A DNA stretch of 64,000 bases from the NCBI GenBank assembly GCA_000165425.1, contig CT868061.1, positions 124,001-188,000 on the forward strand. Direction: 5' to 3'. Below are positions 24,719-38,605 of this stretch, piece by piece; within the stretch, counting starts at the first letter, position 1; each line of letters starts with the position of its first letter. The translations under genes were made by a program, and so were the position numbers. The notes below the pieces were generated by a model. It made no database searches and was not told the DNA's origin. It saw only the letters and a list, made by a program, of their open reading frames with translations. Source of the DNA: Paramecium tetraurelia (Eukaryota).

Positions 24719-26698
24719 ATGTTATTTTTTTTCTTGGGATTATTTTCAATTACTTAAGCAACTGAAGAATTATATGATTATCCTATTATTGGAATTGATT
24801 TAGGAACAACTTACTCAAGTGTTTGCATTTTTAGAGATGATAAAGTTGAAATTATTCCAAATGAATATGGATTTAAATCAACCCCTACGGTTGTTGCTTT
24901 TAATGGCACTTTCTTAATTGGAGAAGAAGCTAAAGAATAGGGAATTATTAACCCATAGAATACATTTTATGATATCAAAAGATTAACTGGAAGAACGTAA
25001 GCTATGAATTAATTATAGATATCTTGATCCAAATGTAAACAGGGTTAAGAAAGGTTTACCCTTTACTATAATGCAAGAAAATGATAAAATTTGTATTAAA
25101 GTATCTTAGCCTAGAAATAAGAGTAATAAGATATTTAACATTGATTATATTCAAGCAAAGGTTTTAACAAAATTGAAGAATATAGCTAGTTCTTATTTAG
25201 GAGTTCCAGTAAAAAATGCCGTCATATCAATTCCTATTGGATTTAATGATATTTAAAAATAAGCCACTATAGACATTGCAGAAATTGCAGGCTTAAAAGT
25301 TGTTAGACTTATTAGTGAGCCAAATGCTGCTGTAATTGCTTATGGTAGGGACTATGTAACAGAAAAAACGAACATTTTTGTTTTTGATTTTGGGGGTGGC
25401 ACTTTAGATATTGCAGCAACGATAGTAACAAAACAAAAATTTGAAGAAATTGATAATTCATCAGAAATGAATTTAGGAGGAGAAGATTTTGATTTCAATG
25501 TTGTCAAATATCTCGTCGATTAAATATACAATTCTACTGGAATGAACTTAACTGATCATAAAAAAGCAAATTAAGCATTAAAAATAGAGGCTTAAAAAGC
25601 TAAAGAAACTCTTTCTTCATAGGAAATAGCTCATATAAGAATATCAAATTTGATTGAAGGATATGATTTTTAATATAATCTTACAAGGGAAAAATTTGAA
25701 GAGGTGAATCAAGACCTTTTTGATAGGGTTATTTCTACAATAAATTCAACATTTATAGTCTCTGAAACGTAAATAGAAGATATAGATGAAGTTATTCTAG
25801 TAGGAGGAAGTAGTAGAATTCCAAAAGTCTAAGAAATTGTTGAGAAAAGATTCGTTCACAGCAAGATCATTAAAGATAGAATATAAGATGAATTGGTTTG
25901 TATTGGAGCTGCTATTTTAGCAAATTCACTCACTAAATAATTAGAAAAACAATATCGGTTTGTAGAAATCAAGAGGACCGCAATAAGCTATGGTGTTGAA
26001 ACCGATAAAGAGGATATGAACATAATTATACCTAGATTGTCTAGATATCCATTAGTTTTGTCAAGATTTTACACTACTATCGAAGATTATTAAACTGGAA
26101 TCTCAATTAATATTTTTTAGGGAGAAAGTGAGTTTACAGAATATAATGAAAAAATTGGAAATTTTAAATTAAGTGGTATTCAAAAAGCCACAAAAGGGGT
26201 ACCTGAAATTGAAATAACTTTTGCACTAAATTAGAATGGAATGCTTACAGCTACTGCCTTTGATTTAAATACAAAAAGCTCAAGCTAATTAGCCATTCAA
26301 ATAAAAAATAAGAAGAGACTTACATAAGAAGATATTGATAACCTTAGGAAAGAGAATGAGTAAGAAGAAAAATTAGATAGAGAGAAGATTTAAACAATAA
26401 GTAAGTTAAAAAAATATCATATGTAATTTCTAAATGATATAAAAGTAACATTTAATGAATATACTTTAGAAATCCAAATATAAATATGCATTAGGTGAGT
26501 CGCAATTATACGAAATAAAAGAAATTCTCAATACTAGTTCTAAATGGCTAGAAGATAATAGATATAAGCTTTAAACAACAACTCAAGACTTTTAAAATGA
26601 ACTGCAAAATCTTAAGAAGTAAGATTTAAAAATTATTTAGTTCATTGGATAAAATCCTGAATAGATAATAACTAAGAGACTCAAACCAAGACTTATGA
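24719..26698 (+). CDS. HSP70: Divergent HSP70-family protein with signal peptide (ER/BiP-like), copy B
   Basis: [14 protein letters not shown] leader, [54 protein letters not shown]; the same three intron positions as copy A; ends RDSNQDL-TGA. Confidence 0.92.
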
Positions 26699-27110
26699 TA
26701 TGAGAATATTAATAAAAGTTAAATTAATATTTTAAAGTTGAATGATCTATAAATAAGATGTTTAAACTTTTCAAACTTAATTACTCGTTCCCATTTTACT
26801 TACGAGTTGATTGTTAATCATACGGATATAATATTAGGGTTACTATAATGATATTACTTTCATTTAAATTTTTTAATAAATATCATCAAAATTTATTTTA
26901 AGAAAGCAGATAATTTAATAGTTTAGTTTCAGCAACATTCAAAAGAAGTACATCAGCCTGCCTGTAGGGTTAATAGGGAAAAATTGGTTATCCCTATGGA
27001 ACTCTCTGATAAAAAAGGATAATTATTAAAATGAAAGCTCAAAAAATTATTTAAATACAAGACCTGAATAAACATATTTATAAATTGATAGCTAAAGAAA
27101 TAATTACACA

Positions 27111-28486
27111 TCAGTTTTAATTAAAAAAATCGTGTTTTAGTAATTCTTTGGCTTCTGGTCTTTGAGATGGATCATAGGCTAGACATTGCTTTAGTAAATC
27201 AAAGAGTTAATTTTATTTTAACAGACTTAAGTAGTTACAATTCTGCCTGATGATTGAATTCAATTACAATTACTATTACTTTTAGATGATTCTAGTTGAT
27301 TAAATTGTAAAATTACTTGCTTAAATCTCTTCCTTTGACTGCAAATAAGCCATATTTGATTTAGGGTTTTCCTTATCTCATAATTTTGCCTTTATAGGAG
27401 AGCCAATTAGGAACACCATGCAAAATATCAAGTATTATTGCCCCTTTATTTGTTTATAAAAATACCATAACTCCAAACATCTATTTTTGGAGTCCCATGC
27501 ATTTTTGTAAGGGCTTCTATTTAAGTATTGTATTGATTAGAATATTTAGTCCAATTATGCATGATGTCAAGGGCCTCAGGAGCCATGTATTCTGGAGTAA
27601 TCATCCCAAATTGATCATAGTCTTAATTTGAAAATGCAGATCCAAAATCTATTATTTTTGGTATATTGTTTTCAACTAATATATTGTCTGGTTTTAAATC
27701 GAAATGAGTGACATGCTTTTCATTAATACAGGAGATTCCATTTAGAATTCCATACATAAGTTCAATCAGTTTGTATGGATGCTCATACATATCCAACAAT
27801 TCAACAGTCTCGCTTATCTAAAATTATGATTAATTATACTGCATAAACTCTTTCTCCTTTATAGAACTCCCCTTTCATCGTATAGAGAACTTTGCTCAAT
27901 GGTTTCCCTCCTAACTCCTAAATAATCCAAGTATCTTTGTTTGAATGTTCCACCCCCATTATCTAAACAATGTTATCTGATTTTATGTAACTGAATTTTG
28001 CCTCTTTGCTTTATTGTGGTTTGGCAATTTGTTTCAATGCTACTTTCTGATTGCCTGTTGATGCCAACCATACTAATGCAAATCCTCCCCTAAATAGAGT
28101 TATTTAACTAATATACCTTCCCAAGAGTTCGAGCTTGTCAAATCCTATTAATTACCTATCTCCGTAGGTTCCCTTCTCCTCCTCAGTAAGTCCATAATCT
28201 TTATGCATTTTAAGAGATGGCAATCTGTTAGGTTTGAGTGTGAAGCTGCTATGCTTTTATAATTTTTAGGCATTATTTCCTGGAGATTAATTATATTCCT
28301 TTTACACAAAGTCTATAATCATTCGTTGTTGCAACAGTGAATCTAATCCTACTATATTGTTTAATTTAAATATTAGATATAAGCGATGTTATAATGGAGA
28401 GTATGATATAATTAAATACTGTTAGTTGAGATGGGAGTTCTTCTTGATTTCTAGGAGAGCTGTCTCTAGTAATGAATGGGCATCAT
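27111..28486 (-). CDS. Ser/Thr protein kinase
   Basis: GKGGFALVW (intron-split), VALKQI, HFDLKPDNILV, IIDFGSA, TPEYMAPE. Confidence 0.88.
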
Positions 28487-28554
28487 ATTAATTAATTATA
28501 TTTATACTCTTAACAAATATTTGATAATATATAATTATTTATATAATATTTGAA

Positions 28555-29023
28555 ATGTAAGAGTGGCCTAAGAAATTGTTTCTTGCTATTGCATTCATCT
28601 CTTGTTTCACCTGTTATGCAAGACCAGACTATAATCTCCCACTATTTGCCTTTGCTTATTTGCTTTGGGATATAGACAGACCTGTAAGTGAATCATTCAT
28701 GTGAATTAGGTATCACAAAAGATTAGATTAATTTACCTATTTGTTTATTCATGGATTATTGATTTCGTTTGGCTTGTTTATTGGGGTCCATTTTGGAATT
28801 CATCTACTTTCAGTCACAATTGGGCTGATGGAATTTAAACATTTGTGTTAGTGTTGTCCGTTATCAACTTTATCTTGAAAGTAGAAATTGAATTAATAAT
28901 GTGTAGTTGGGTACGATTGTAGTGTGCATTTTGGCAGAGAAAGAATGCAAAGATGCATTACATCCTGAAAATGCAATGGGACATGCGAAGAACATCTTTA
29001 ATAGTGATGGTTAGCATTAATGA
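28555..29023 (+). CDS. Small multi-pass membrane protein
   Basis: MQEWPKKLFLAIAFISCFTCYARPDYNLPLFAF...WIIDFVWLVYWG...LSVINFILK; two micro-introns; 3-4 hydrophobic segments. Confidence 0.75.
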
Positions 29024-29068
29024 ATTACTTAAATTTTTTAAAAAAAAATTAATATCTATTTTAAATTA

Positions 29069-29562
29069 ATGTCTTAATCAGTGCTTTGGGAAGTAGTTAA
29101 GGGCAACAATGCTTTTTTGGTCAAGAGAAATGGATTGACACTCTCAACCGATCCATTCAATAACACTGGAGTTTAAACATATAGCAGCACAGGTATAGAG
29201 GCATATTAATATAAAAAAGGATTTATTACAAAAAATGCTATTGGAGTAGTACCAACATAAGCAAAGGCTAATTAAATCAACAATGTGAATTTGGTTGCAA
29301 GAAAGAGCACAAAATTCTAATAAGCTGACAGAAAGACCAAGAATACTCAATCAGTTTATGCTTCAACTTTGAGTGTTAAACACGGAATTCACACAGCCTC
29401 AAGAGTATCATGTTTTATCAACCCTAGGTAATTAGAAAGAGATTTGGTACAAGAAGACTTGGATTATAGAAGGCAGCTCTTAGAAAATTGGTGAAGTTGA
29501 ACAGAGCAAATGCAGTAAGAAGAAGAAACGAAATCGCTGCCACTAAAGCATAAAAGAAATGA
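29069..29562 (+). CDS. RPL28: 60S ribosomal protein L28 (eL28)
   Basis: [34 protein letters not shown]; basic C-terminus; two micro-introns. Confidence 0.9.
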
Positions 29563-29948
29563 TTTGCATATTATCATACGATGTACAATAAATATATATA
29601 AATATTATTATTTTATAAATGGAAATTATTCATTTCACACAAATCTAGCATTTCTAAATACTAAATGAAATTACAATTGAAATATTCATAACAAACACTA
29701 AATGAAAGAAAAGTATTGATAAAAATCACAAATTAAGGAGATCTAATTATTATTTGATTAAATAAGGAAAACTTTGATCCTAAGTCTAATTTGATATTTG
29801 TAAAACAGCAAAATCATCTTTTGAATAATTCAAATCTAATGATGGATTTGGGTAATATAACAAAATTAAAAAAATAGTTGATGTTGTTTAATTTAATGAA
29901 ATGAATTATTTAATATTTTATGTAAATGTGTACTATACTTTAGAATAA

Positions 29949-30860
29949 TCATTATTTTTTGGTTTCTTCTTGGTGTTCTCTGGCTTATTTCTTTTCAAGA
30001 GCTGTCAAATACAAACCGTTATCATCTGGGAGTGAAATTAAGGACTTCTTTCCTTTGCCGATTGTGAAGATATTGTTGATTCTTGTAGAGAAATGTTTGC
30101 CATTTGAATCCTAAGATATATCTTTATTAATTCATACTTTAACATGGACGATGTCAAATGATCCAAGATGTCTTTCTCTGTGTTGGATGAGACCCACTCT
30201 TCCAATGTTATTACCTCCGATAATGTAACATAAATTTCCTAATTGATATTATAGATACAGATATTACCTGGTTCTTCCTTGAGGAAATCGACAATCTTTC
30301 CAGTTTCCAATTCGATTTTTAATGTGTCATTGACATGAATTTCAGGATTTGGGTATCTGATGGTTCTGCCATCGTTGGTAACAATATAAGGAACATTGTT
30401 TGGTCCAACCTTCTTTTGGGTTACTTTGACTAACTTGAATTTGGCCTCATCTGGTTTGATTGATTTTAATATGAATTTTCCTTGGACATCATATAAAACT
30501 CTGTAACTTTCTCTTGTCTTGTCGATTGTGATGACGTCTGAGTCATTAATTATATAAAAGTACCTTATAAGCCAACTGGATATCCAAAGTCGGATCTCAC
30601 TTTTCCGTCAACTTTAATATTACCATCCTTATCAGCGAGAATCATTTAGACTTCTCTTGCATACAAAGCATATTTCAATTTATGTTGCAATATAACAGAT
30701 AATGGGATTGATTCTCTCAATTTATGGGGTCCTTATGATGGTCTTGTTGTCCAATTTCCTCCTAATTTTGAGAGCATCCAACTCTTGGGTGCTGTGATTC
30801 TTTTCATATGTTTCTTGGGTCCTCGAGCCTATAGATAATAGTAATCACTATTCTTACCAT
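29949..30860 (-). CDS. RPS4: 40S ribosomal protein S4 (eS4)
   Basis: [20 protein letters not shown]...[11 protein letters not shown]...DGRTIRYP...GGNNIGRVG; an intron directly after the ATG. Confidence 0.97.
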
Positions 30861-30904
30861 GATTGTTTAAAGAAAAAATTAAAATCTTTTTAATTTAATT
30901 CAAA

Positions 30905-31636
30905 ATGTTAATATTCATAACATTCATAACATTAATAAATGCAGAAACATGTTAATGTAATACAGGTATATGTAATGCATAAACCTGTTACTGTCCTTAT
31001 CCTTTTGCAGGTGAACATTGCGATTACATATTGAAACTCGGATATGGCATGAACTACACTGCAGAATTCGATCACTATATTGGCCATAATAGAATCAAAG
31101 AGGATAATGATTGCAAATCTGATTGCAACAAATAAGGGCTGTGTCTTTAATCTTAATGCTATTGCAAATCCCCTTATGGAGGATAATATTGCTAATTTAA
31201 ATTGATATTTGTTGATGAGAGTGAAAATAATTCTACGCAAATATAAACTCTGGATAATTTATTTAATATTCACATGGATCTTTAAACTTCCAAGAACATT
31301 ATGACGTAGATAAAGCAATTCGATAAGAGGGAAATGTACAAGAAATGCCCAGTTCCTTGTAGGAATGGGGGCTATTGTGTATTTGGTCAATGTATGTGTA
31401 AATCTCCTTATGTGGGAGATTACTGTCAATTTCAGATAGAATTCGAATAAGGAATGCCTGTATAGTTTATAATTTAATGATAGCATTATCAAGTTTACAT
31501 GTTGATGATATTCTCATGTTTTGTAGGCATAGCAATAACAGTGATAATATTTATGATCTTGAAGTTTATCGAAGATGAGAAGAAGAAATACGAATTAATA
31601 AGTGGAGAAAACAAAGATCAATGGTAAAAAAAATGA
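30905..31636 (+). CDS. EGF-like repeat type-I membrane protein
   Basis: Signal peptide MLIFITFITLINA; three EGF-like units (e.g. CQCNTGICNAQTCYCPYPFAGEHC, CRNGGYCVFGQCMCKSPYVGDYC); C-terminal TM; 732-nt ORF. Confidence 0.85.
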
Positions 31637-31662
31637 TGAAATTTAATAATATTGTAATATAA

Positions 31663-32458
31663 ATGCAATTCTAATAATTAATGCCTGTGGGCTACGTGAA
31701 ACAACCTGCTCTTAAAACATTTGTATTAGCCAAGATAAAGAAAGAGAATACAGAGAAATCCATTAAACTTTATAAGCAAAAGTATCACCAATACTTCTAT
31801 CAGCACGACTATCTCAAATTGATTAAGCAAGGCTAAGAGAAGGATCATGTGCTGATGCTCTTTTGTTTTCCAGAGGTATTGCACTCAAGACTATCCATAG
31901 GACTTAGAGAAGATGAAGGGGGACTTTGAAATTGAGGAATTTCTTGAAATTTAATTGCCAAGTGTTGCACCTATACATAAAGAGTAGAAATCACTATATG
32001 ATGGATATTGGAATATCCTACATCCAAATTATGAGTATCCTCATAGGCAAAACAAGGATGCACCCCTGAAAATGCAATAGATTTTAGATACAAAAACTAC
32101 AAGGAATAAATGCATACTTTATAATGATGAAAATACTATAGTGATTGAAGCAGAAGATGAAACACACATCAACAATGTTAGACATTGTGTCATGGTGGCA
32201 ATGGAGAAGTTAGCAGAACATAACTTAAACGAAAATCATCAAAGGCACTTTCTGGAGAGTTAGTATTATGCTAGAGAAATGACTTTGGTAACATACTTTG
32301 AGCCTTGTATAATGTGTGCAATGGCGTTGATTCATTCAAGAATTAATGAGGTTTATTACTATCAGAAGAGAGTGACCGATGGAGGACTCAATGATCAATT
32401 ATAAGTAAATAATATGAAATAACTAAATCACAAATATTTAGTTTTTTATCAAAATTGA
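31663..32458 (+). CDS. ADAT3: tRNA-specific adenosine deaminase subunit Tad3/ADAT3
   Basis: HLKLIKQ-like N-terminal motif, HCVMVAM (Val in place of catalytic Glu), EPCIMCAMALIHSRI, LNHKYLVF. Confidence 0.88.
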
Positions 32459-32585
32459 TTATATCGATTCTATTGATTTCATTTATTTAATATAATAACT
32501 AATCACATTATTAAGATATAATAATTTATTTAATTATAAATTCTATATGTTGGCGAGAGTTGGTATTACAAATATATTAGTTTAC

Positions 32586-35382
32586 TCATAATCTTTACTT
32601 CCCTTAGGCTTACTTTAATAGATGCAACAATGTTTCTTGCCGACGACTCTTTCGTTTCTTTGACTATCTCTAGAATATCATCCGTTTCTCCTGGAACTAC
32701 GAAAAGGATTAACAACATCATACTTTAGCCACCACTTATGAGATGTTGTTATGACTATGATAATTGCTGAATTCACAAACTCTCTCGAATTGCTAAAAGA
32801 TATCTATGTATTATCCCATAATCTTATCCTAATCTTCTTCGTCATCTTCAGAACTATCATCTAACTTTAATTTTACTGATTTTCTTCTCATTACTTAGTT
32901 TATTTATAATGAGGGTACTTACAATACCTATTAATATCCTTGCTCATTCACTACACATAAGGACTCATTCCCTCCTCCTCTCTTCAAAACCTTCTCATAT
33001 ACAGGCACTTCCTCTTCAGGCAACTCTGCCGAAGATCCATAATTTATAGACAACTTTGGATTATTCTTCAGTCCTGCTGGATTTAGATATTAGTTATTCT
33101 GCGGCTAACAAAACCGAAAAGTCCTAGGAGATGATTCATCAATTGAGAGTTGAATCCTTTAGGATAAAGACGATTTTCCTTGTGTGTTCATCTGCTAGGT
33201 CTGAAGATTAGTTGGAATCTGATTGAAAGTGAATTGATTTCCAAAATGAATGCTATGTTGCTATTATAATTCCCTTATCTCTTCTATCTAAACAAGATCT
33301 TCATTTTTCATCATATAATTGAGCACACTTTCCAGAACAATGAAATGATGTTTCAATGCATACATCTTCCTTGTGTGATTATGTCTAATGTATCGAGGAG
33401 TTCTATCAACAGGAGTGAACTTTCTGTAATTGTATAAAGTCTTAATCCTATTGGGTATGCCAAATAAAAATGGACAGGTGTTTGTAAAATGAGAATCGCT
33501 TTAGCATGTATTACATTTAATTTAAATAGCCTTTAAATTTAGATTTTATGTTATGTCATCTGTTATCTATTAGAGTATCTCCTAAAAGGGATAGATTTCA
33601 ATATATATACATAATCGGAAGGGTGATCCTTGAAGACAGTGTGCAATTAATCTCTTGAGATCTGGAGAACTTTCGTTGTCTTAGAGGCTACGGCATCAAA
33701 AGAGTAGGATCTTTTGGAGAAGAAATCCAATTGCCCAATAAAGCACGGATTACTTATTTTCTATAACAATCTGGGCTAATCATTGAGAGTTAGTACTAGT
33801 TTGATCTCTCCTGTTACGAGGATAAATAATTAAGATGATTTATTATTCCTTCTGAATAGATAATCGTCAGATTGAATGTATTTCTCTTCCAGATACATAC
33901 ATAGTTTATTCAACAAAGGTTAACTGAAATTCTTAAAAAAGGATAACTAATTTAATATTTTAGCATTGACATCCACAATCATCTGATCTTTCAAACTTTT
34001 AGGTATCAAATCTGCGAATTATATTACTTTTTGAGAGGGTTTGCTCCATAAATACTCAAAATATCTTCTAAACTTAATTTAAAGATCATCAGACACATTC
34101 TAACTTCTTAGGTATCTATTCAATTGATTCATGTTATTCTTTAATTGAACTGATTGTTTTGAGAAGTCTTAGAATATGCCTCCAATATTATTTACAGTGT
34201 ATGCAAATGTTGCAGATGAAATCATAGTCATGAAGATTACAAAGATCCTTTCAGTCAAATTCACAGGAGTTATATCTCCGTATCCAATTGTTGTCATTGT
34301 AACAATACTCCAATAAAATGAGACTACGTATCTATCCAACCAAGATTCATTCTACAACTAGGCCACCTTCAACCAAGTCTTGCCTTCATGATGACCCCAT
34401 TCACCCCATTGTCCTATTATATGCCAAATACAGGCTGAAAAGTGAGCTACTAGAATCATAAACGATCTAGTGCATATTTATATGCATACATCATTTTAAA
34501 TAAATCGAAGAGTGCTGTTTGTCTGCTTGACAATTCTAAACGATTAAAAAGAGACGAGAATAAACTAGACAACTAGAATACTTTCAAAACTATCACAAAA
34601 TCAAAGTATCTAAAGTCAAATTGCTGGCCTATGAAGAATGGAACAACCAAAAACAAATCAATTAAAAATCCTATCTAATATTAATATCAGTTGACCTTAT
34701 ATGCAATAAAATTTGACAATCTTGGTTCTGTTAGTAATCAGTATTCCTTTGTTATAGATGCAAGTGTTGAATTTTAGGACGATTTCCAAGAGAAATGAGT
34801 AGACAGGCAATTATTCAAAAAAGAACTCCTTGCTTTTTAAAGGAAAATCCACAATTTCTGGGAATGAGATGCGCAAGGACACATAAAACACATTGATCGT
34901 CACAATAACAATCAGATAAATATTCCATATGATTATGACTGTGTCGTCTGGTTTTAATAGCCATTTTCGAGCATTACTACTTAAGAATTTGCTTTGATGT
35001 TCTGCCATTATTATTTAAATTTACATAGTATACAAGAAAACCAGTTGTTTAATTTAAGTAAGATTTACGAGGGCTTATCTCTTGGCAGCAATCCTTGATA
35101 TTTGTAAAAATTATAGTCTGCTGCTTTATCCTTAATTAAATTGAATTCTTGCTTAGTGAAAAGACTCAAATCCTTTCGAGTGATCTATTTAGTGAGTAGA
35201 ACTATGAATCTGGAGACTATAAGTATTATTCTGAATGCTCTGTATTTCCAAATTGGATTCTCGATTCCAAAACTTTGATGTTGAGTCCTTCTTGCCCACA
35301 ATAATACTTTGGAGCTCTTGTTCATATTGGTTTCAAGGGGTTCAGGACAATCCTCATTGTTACTTATTTGACTTACGATCAT
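32586..35382 (-). CDS. Six-TM K+ channel with cyclic-nucleotide-binding domain (EAG/CNG-like)
   Basis: S4-like VLKVFQLSS, HFSACIW, pore SFYWSIVTMTTIGYGDITP, C-linker and cNMP-binding region (FIGQLDFF); several micro-introns. Confidence 0.92.
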
Positions 35383-35405
35383 GAACAATATAATAATTAT
35401 ATAAA

Positions 35406-36275
35406 ATGGATAAACTCGATAAAATTATAGCATAATTAGACGAATTGGAAATTAGTTAAAAACACAGGGAAGAATTGCTCAAGCGAAATCAAGCCACTTT
35501 TCTTCTAAAATTGCCAAAAGTACCCAATCAGATTTTTTATTCAGGTCATTTTAATCTAGAGAGTGTGTGGGTTCTTAGATGACAATGATCTATATAGATT
35601 TACAGCAACTTGTTCTACTCTCAGAAAGGTAATGTTCTGTCCTTTGGGATTCAAATTGTTAATGCTTAGTAGAAATGCTAATCATATGGTTGTTGGACCA
35701 AAACAAGAAGAGATAGAACTTGAGCCTGAAAAGGTTGAGGATATAGCAAGTGAGAATTTATAAAACAATAATAACATGTTCGAGACAGAGGAGGATACTC
35801 TAGCTGAATTAGAGGTTTTGAAGGCTGTGCAGGATTTCTTATAGAGCAAATTGTCAGATTCATAAGCTAACATGAAAAAATTGCAGGAAATGTTGGATGA
35901 TGCTTAGGCTACTCTCAAATATCAAAGGTCAGTTAATCTCAAATTGCAATCCAAGATTAACATTTTGCAAAATCAATTGTCCACTTCTGAACTTCAGAGA
36001 TAGGATATCAAAGAGAATATGGCCGAGTTGATTTAAAAATATAACAAATTAGTAATACATTTTAGAAATGCTCATAGATCATCTAAATGGAAGAAGAAAG
36101 AGTCATCCTTTTGGAGGATAAGGAGAAACTTCTGGGACATAAGAAAGTCTTGATTGAAGAAATCTATAGATTGAGAAGATTGGTATCTTAGATGGAAGGA
36201 AATCAAAATAGTTATAAAGAAGCCTTGAGATAAATGAAAACCTTTATGGAATGTGTTGAAGTTAAATCTATTTGA
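35406..36275 (+). CDS. F-box-like motif plus coiled-coil protein
   Basis: LLKLPK|VILIQRVCGFLDDNDLYRFTATCSTLRK resembles an F-box; the downstream region is heptad-rich. Confidence 0.7.
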
Positions 36276-36413
36276 GTTTGTTATCTATTGAATTATTAAT
36301 TAACTTTGATGATGTACTATTTTCACAATTAATAAACTCATATTAAAATTGGATATTGAAGAGAGGTATTTTTAGTTTAAAAATCTTACCAAATATTCCA
36401 ATTTTAATTATTC

Positions 36414-37667
36414 ATGGATTATTAATTACCTTCTATGGCAGACCCATTCACTTGGGTTTCTTATACTATTTTAGGCATTCTGGTAGGCTTATCATAAGCT
36501 GGTGGTATTGGTGGTGGTCCAATTATATCTCCAGTCATGATGGTTTTATTGGGATGTCCAAGTAAAAAGGCAATTTGGAACACTTATATTATGCTCTTGG
36601 GAGGAAGTCTTGGTAATTTCATCAGATTGGGAAAAGAGAGAGTAATCATTTATATTTAATTGTTCTAGACTGCAAATGGAAGTGCTCCATTGATAAATTA
36701 TCAATTGGTTCAAATTACATTGCCTTTATTATTGGCTGGAGCAATTTTGGGAGTTGCAACAGGTAAATGGTTACCAAAACTGCTCATTGTGATCTTTTTG
36801 TTCGGTATATTACTCACGGTCTTTTTAAAAACTAAGAGTTTATACACAAAAACTCGCAGTAAAGAAATGAATGAACATTTAATTCCTGTTGAACTCAAGG
36901 AATTGTCAATATAGAACTAGAGTACCCACTCAAAAGAGTTGAATATAATCAAAGAAAAGGATGGAAGACTCTACCCAACAGAACCACTTACAGAAATCAG
37001 CTTAACTGTGTTAATTATCATAGTTGTTACATTATTAAAAGGGTCAGGAGCAGTACCATCAATTCTCGGAATAGATTATTGTGGTTTAGGTTTCCATTTT
37101 TTGAATATTGTCATATTTGGAATTGCTTGTTATAATGTTTACAGATATAGAAAATTTATATCGAAAGATGAAGAATATAAACAATCTATTGGTTATGATT
37201 TTTCAGATGGTAAAATGAGTGCAGTATTTGATATTACAGTTAAATCAAGTTTATATGCTGGATTTTTGGGTGGACTTGTTGGTCTAGGAGGAGGTGTAGT
37301 ACTGACACCTCTTTGGTTAGAAACTGGAATAAACCCTCCTAGAGCAGCAGCTTCAGCTACATTTACAGTCTTATTTACTTCATCCATCTCAGTTTTTATC
37401 ATTGCTCTTTCTGGAGGATATTAATTTGAAGAATTCATCATTTTAGGGGTAAAATATAATCATATGTTTTAGTTGGTTTCTAGTTTTGGCAGTTATTTGG
37501 TTGCAGGAGTCCTGAAACATATAGTGTAAAAATATCAAAGGGAATCAATTCTAATCTAAGTGCTTTTGGGAGTTATAGCATTTGGATTAATTATACTTCC
37601 ATTTTAATCTATTAAAGATGTTTATTAAAATCCGCTTGGTGCAATTTAATTCGGCCATTTATGCTGA
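36414..37667 (+). CDS. Sulfite exporter TauE/SafE family membrane protein
   Basis: LSQAGGIGGGPIISP, PLINYQL, GFLGGLVGLGGGVVLTP...AAASATFTVLFTSS. Confidence 0.9.
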
Positions 37668-37813
37668 TACTTTCAATGTCTTATTTATATATATATATGT
37701 AGTTATTTATAAAAATAATAAAGTATTACTTGAAACTTTTTAATATTTAATATATATATAATAAATGATCTCAATTAAATTTCATTTTGTAGATAATTTT
37801 TTTGGCTTTTTTC

Positions 37814-38382
37814 TCAATAATTATAAGTTGGACAATAAACTCTAAAGAATTTTATCTTCTTAAAATCATTGATTATAAAAAAATTGTCATGCCATACTTT
37901 ATAAGAAGTGTAATTTGATAGTATTCTAACTATGGAAGTTTCTTTAATTTTAGTTCTCAAACTTTTGAATTCAGTCCTATTTTGTTTAGTTTTGAGTTTC
38001 TAGTCTGTCATAGAATACAGAAATAAAGATTACCCTAATTCATCATAGGACTCTTCCTTATTATATATATTTATTAGATCACTAACTTTATTCTTTGATT
38101 TTTCATAAATCATCAATATTTTCTCTTTCTTGCATTCTTGATGATTTGGTTGACTTCTAATAACAAAATTCGCACTCCTCCTTCTAATTTCTAATTCATG
38201 AAAAGATGGTTCAAAAATAAGTTATCTTGATTTTAGAGAAAAATTCTATCTCTACTCTAATAGAATTAATTCAAATTAAATAGATTGTTAACAAGCACTG
38301 GTTACTTTAATAATAGCAATCCTTTATCTTATTCATTCAACTCTTACTTGAATTGTGGACACTACTTACCAAATATTCTCAT
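37814..38382 (-). CDS. Hypothetical protein
   Basis: Code-6 open frame MRIFGKQCPQF... with one putative intron; no recognisable motif. Confidence 0.4.
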
Positions 38383-38605
38383 TTTTTGGGGAGATGGCTG
38401 ATATTTATTTATTAATTCACTATATATTATTTATTTAAGTTAAATATCAATTAAAAAGCCATAATCGTAAATTTTAACCATCATTTGAAAAGATGCACAA
38501 TCAAATAATTTAAAATATATATATATAATTTAACAAATAAACCAAATATAGTAATTTAAATTTCTTTATGAAGAGTATTTAGGTTTTTTTAATATATTTA
38601 TATAA

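Noticed and set aside
26920..27100. Short coding-like fragment after HSP70-B (EVHQPACRVNREKL...)
   Set aside because: No clear start, motif or homology; too short to support a call.
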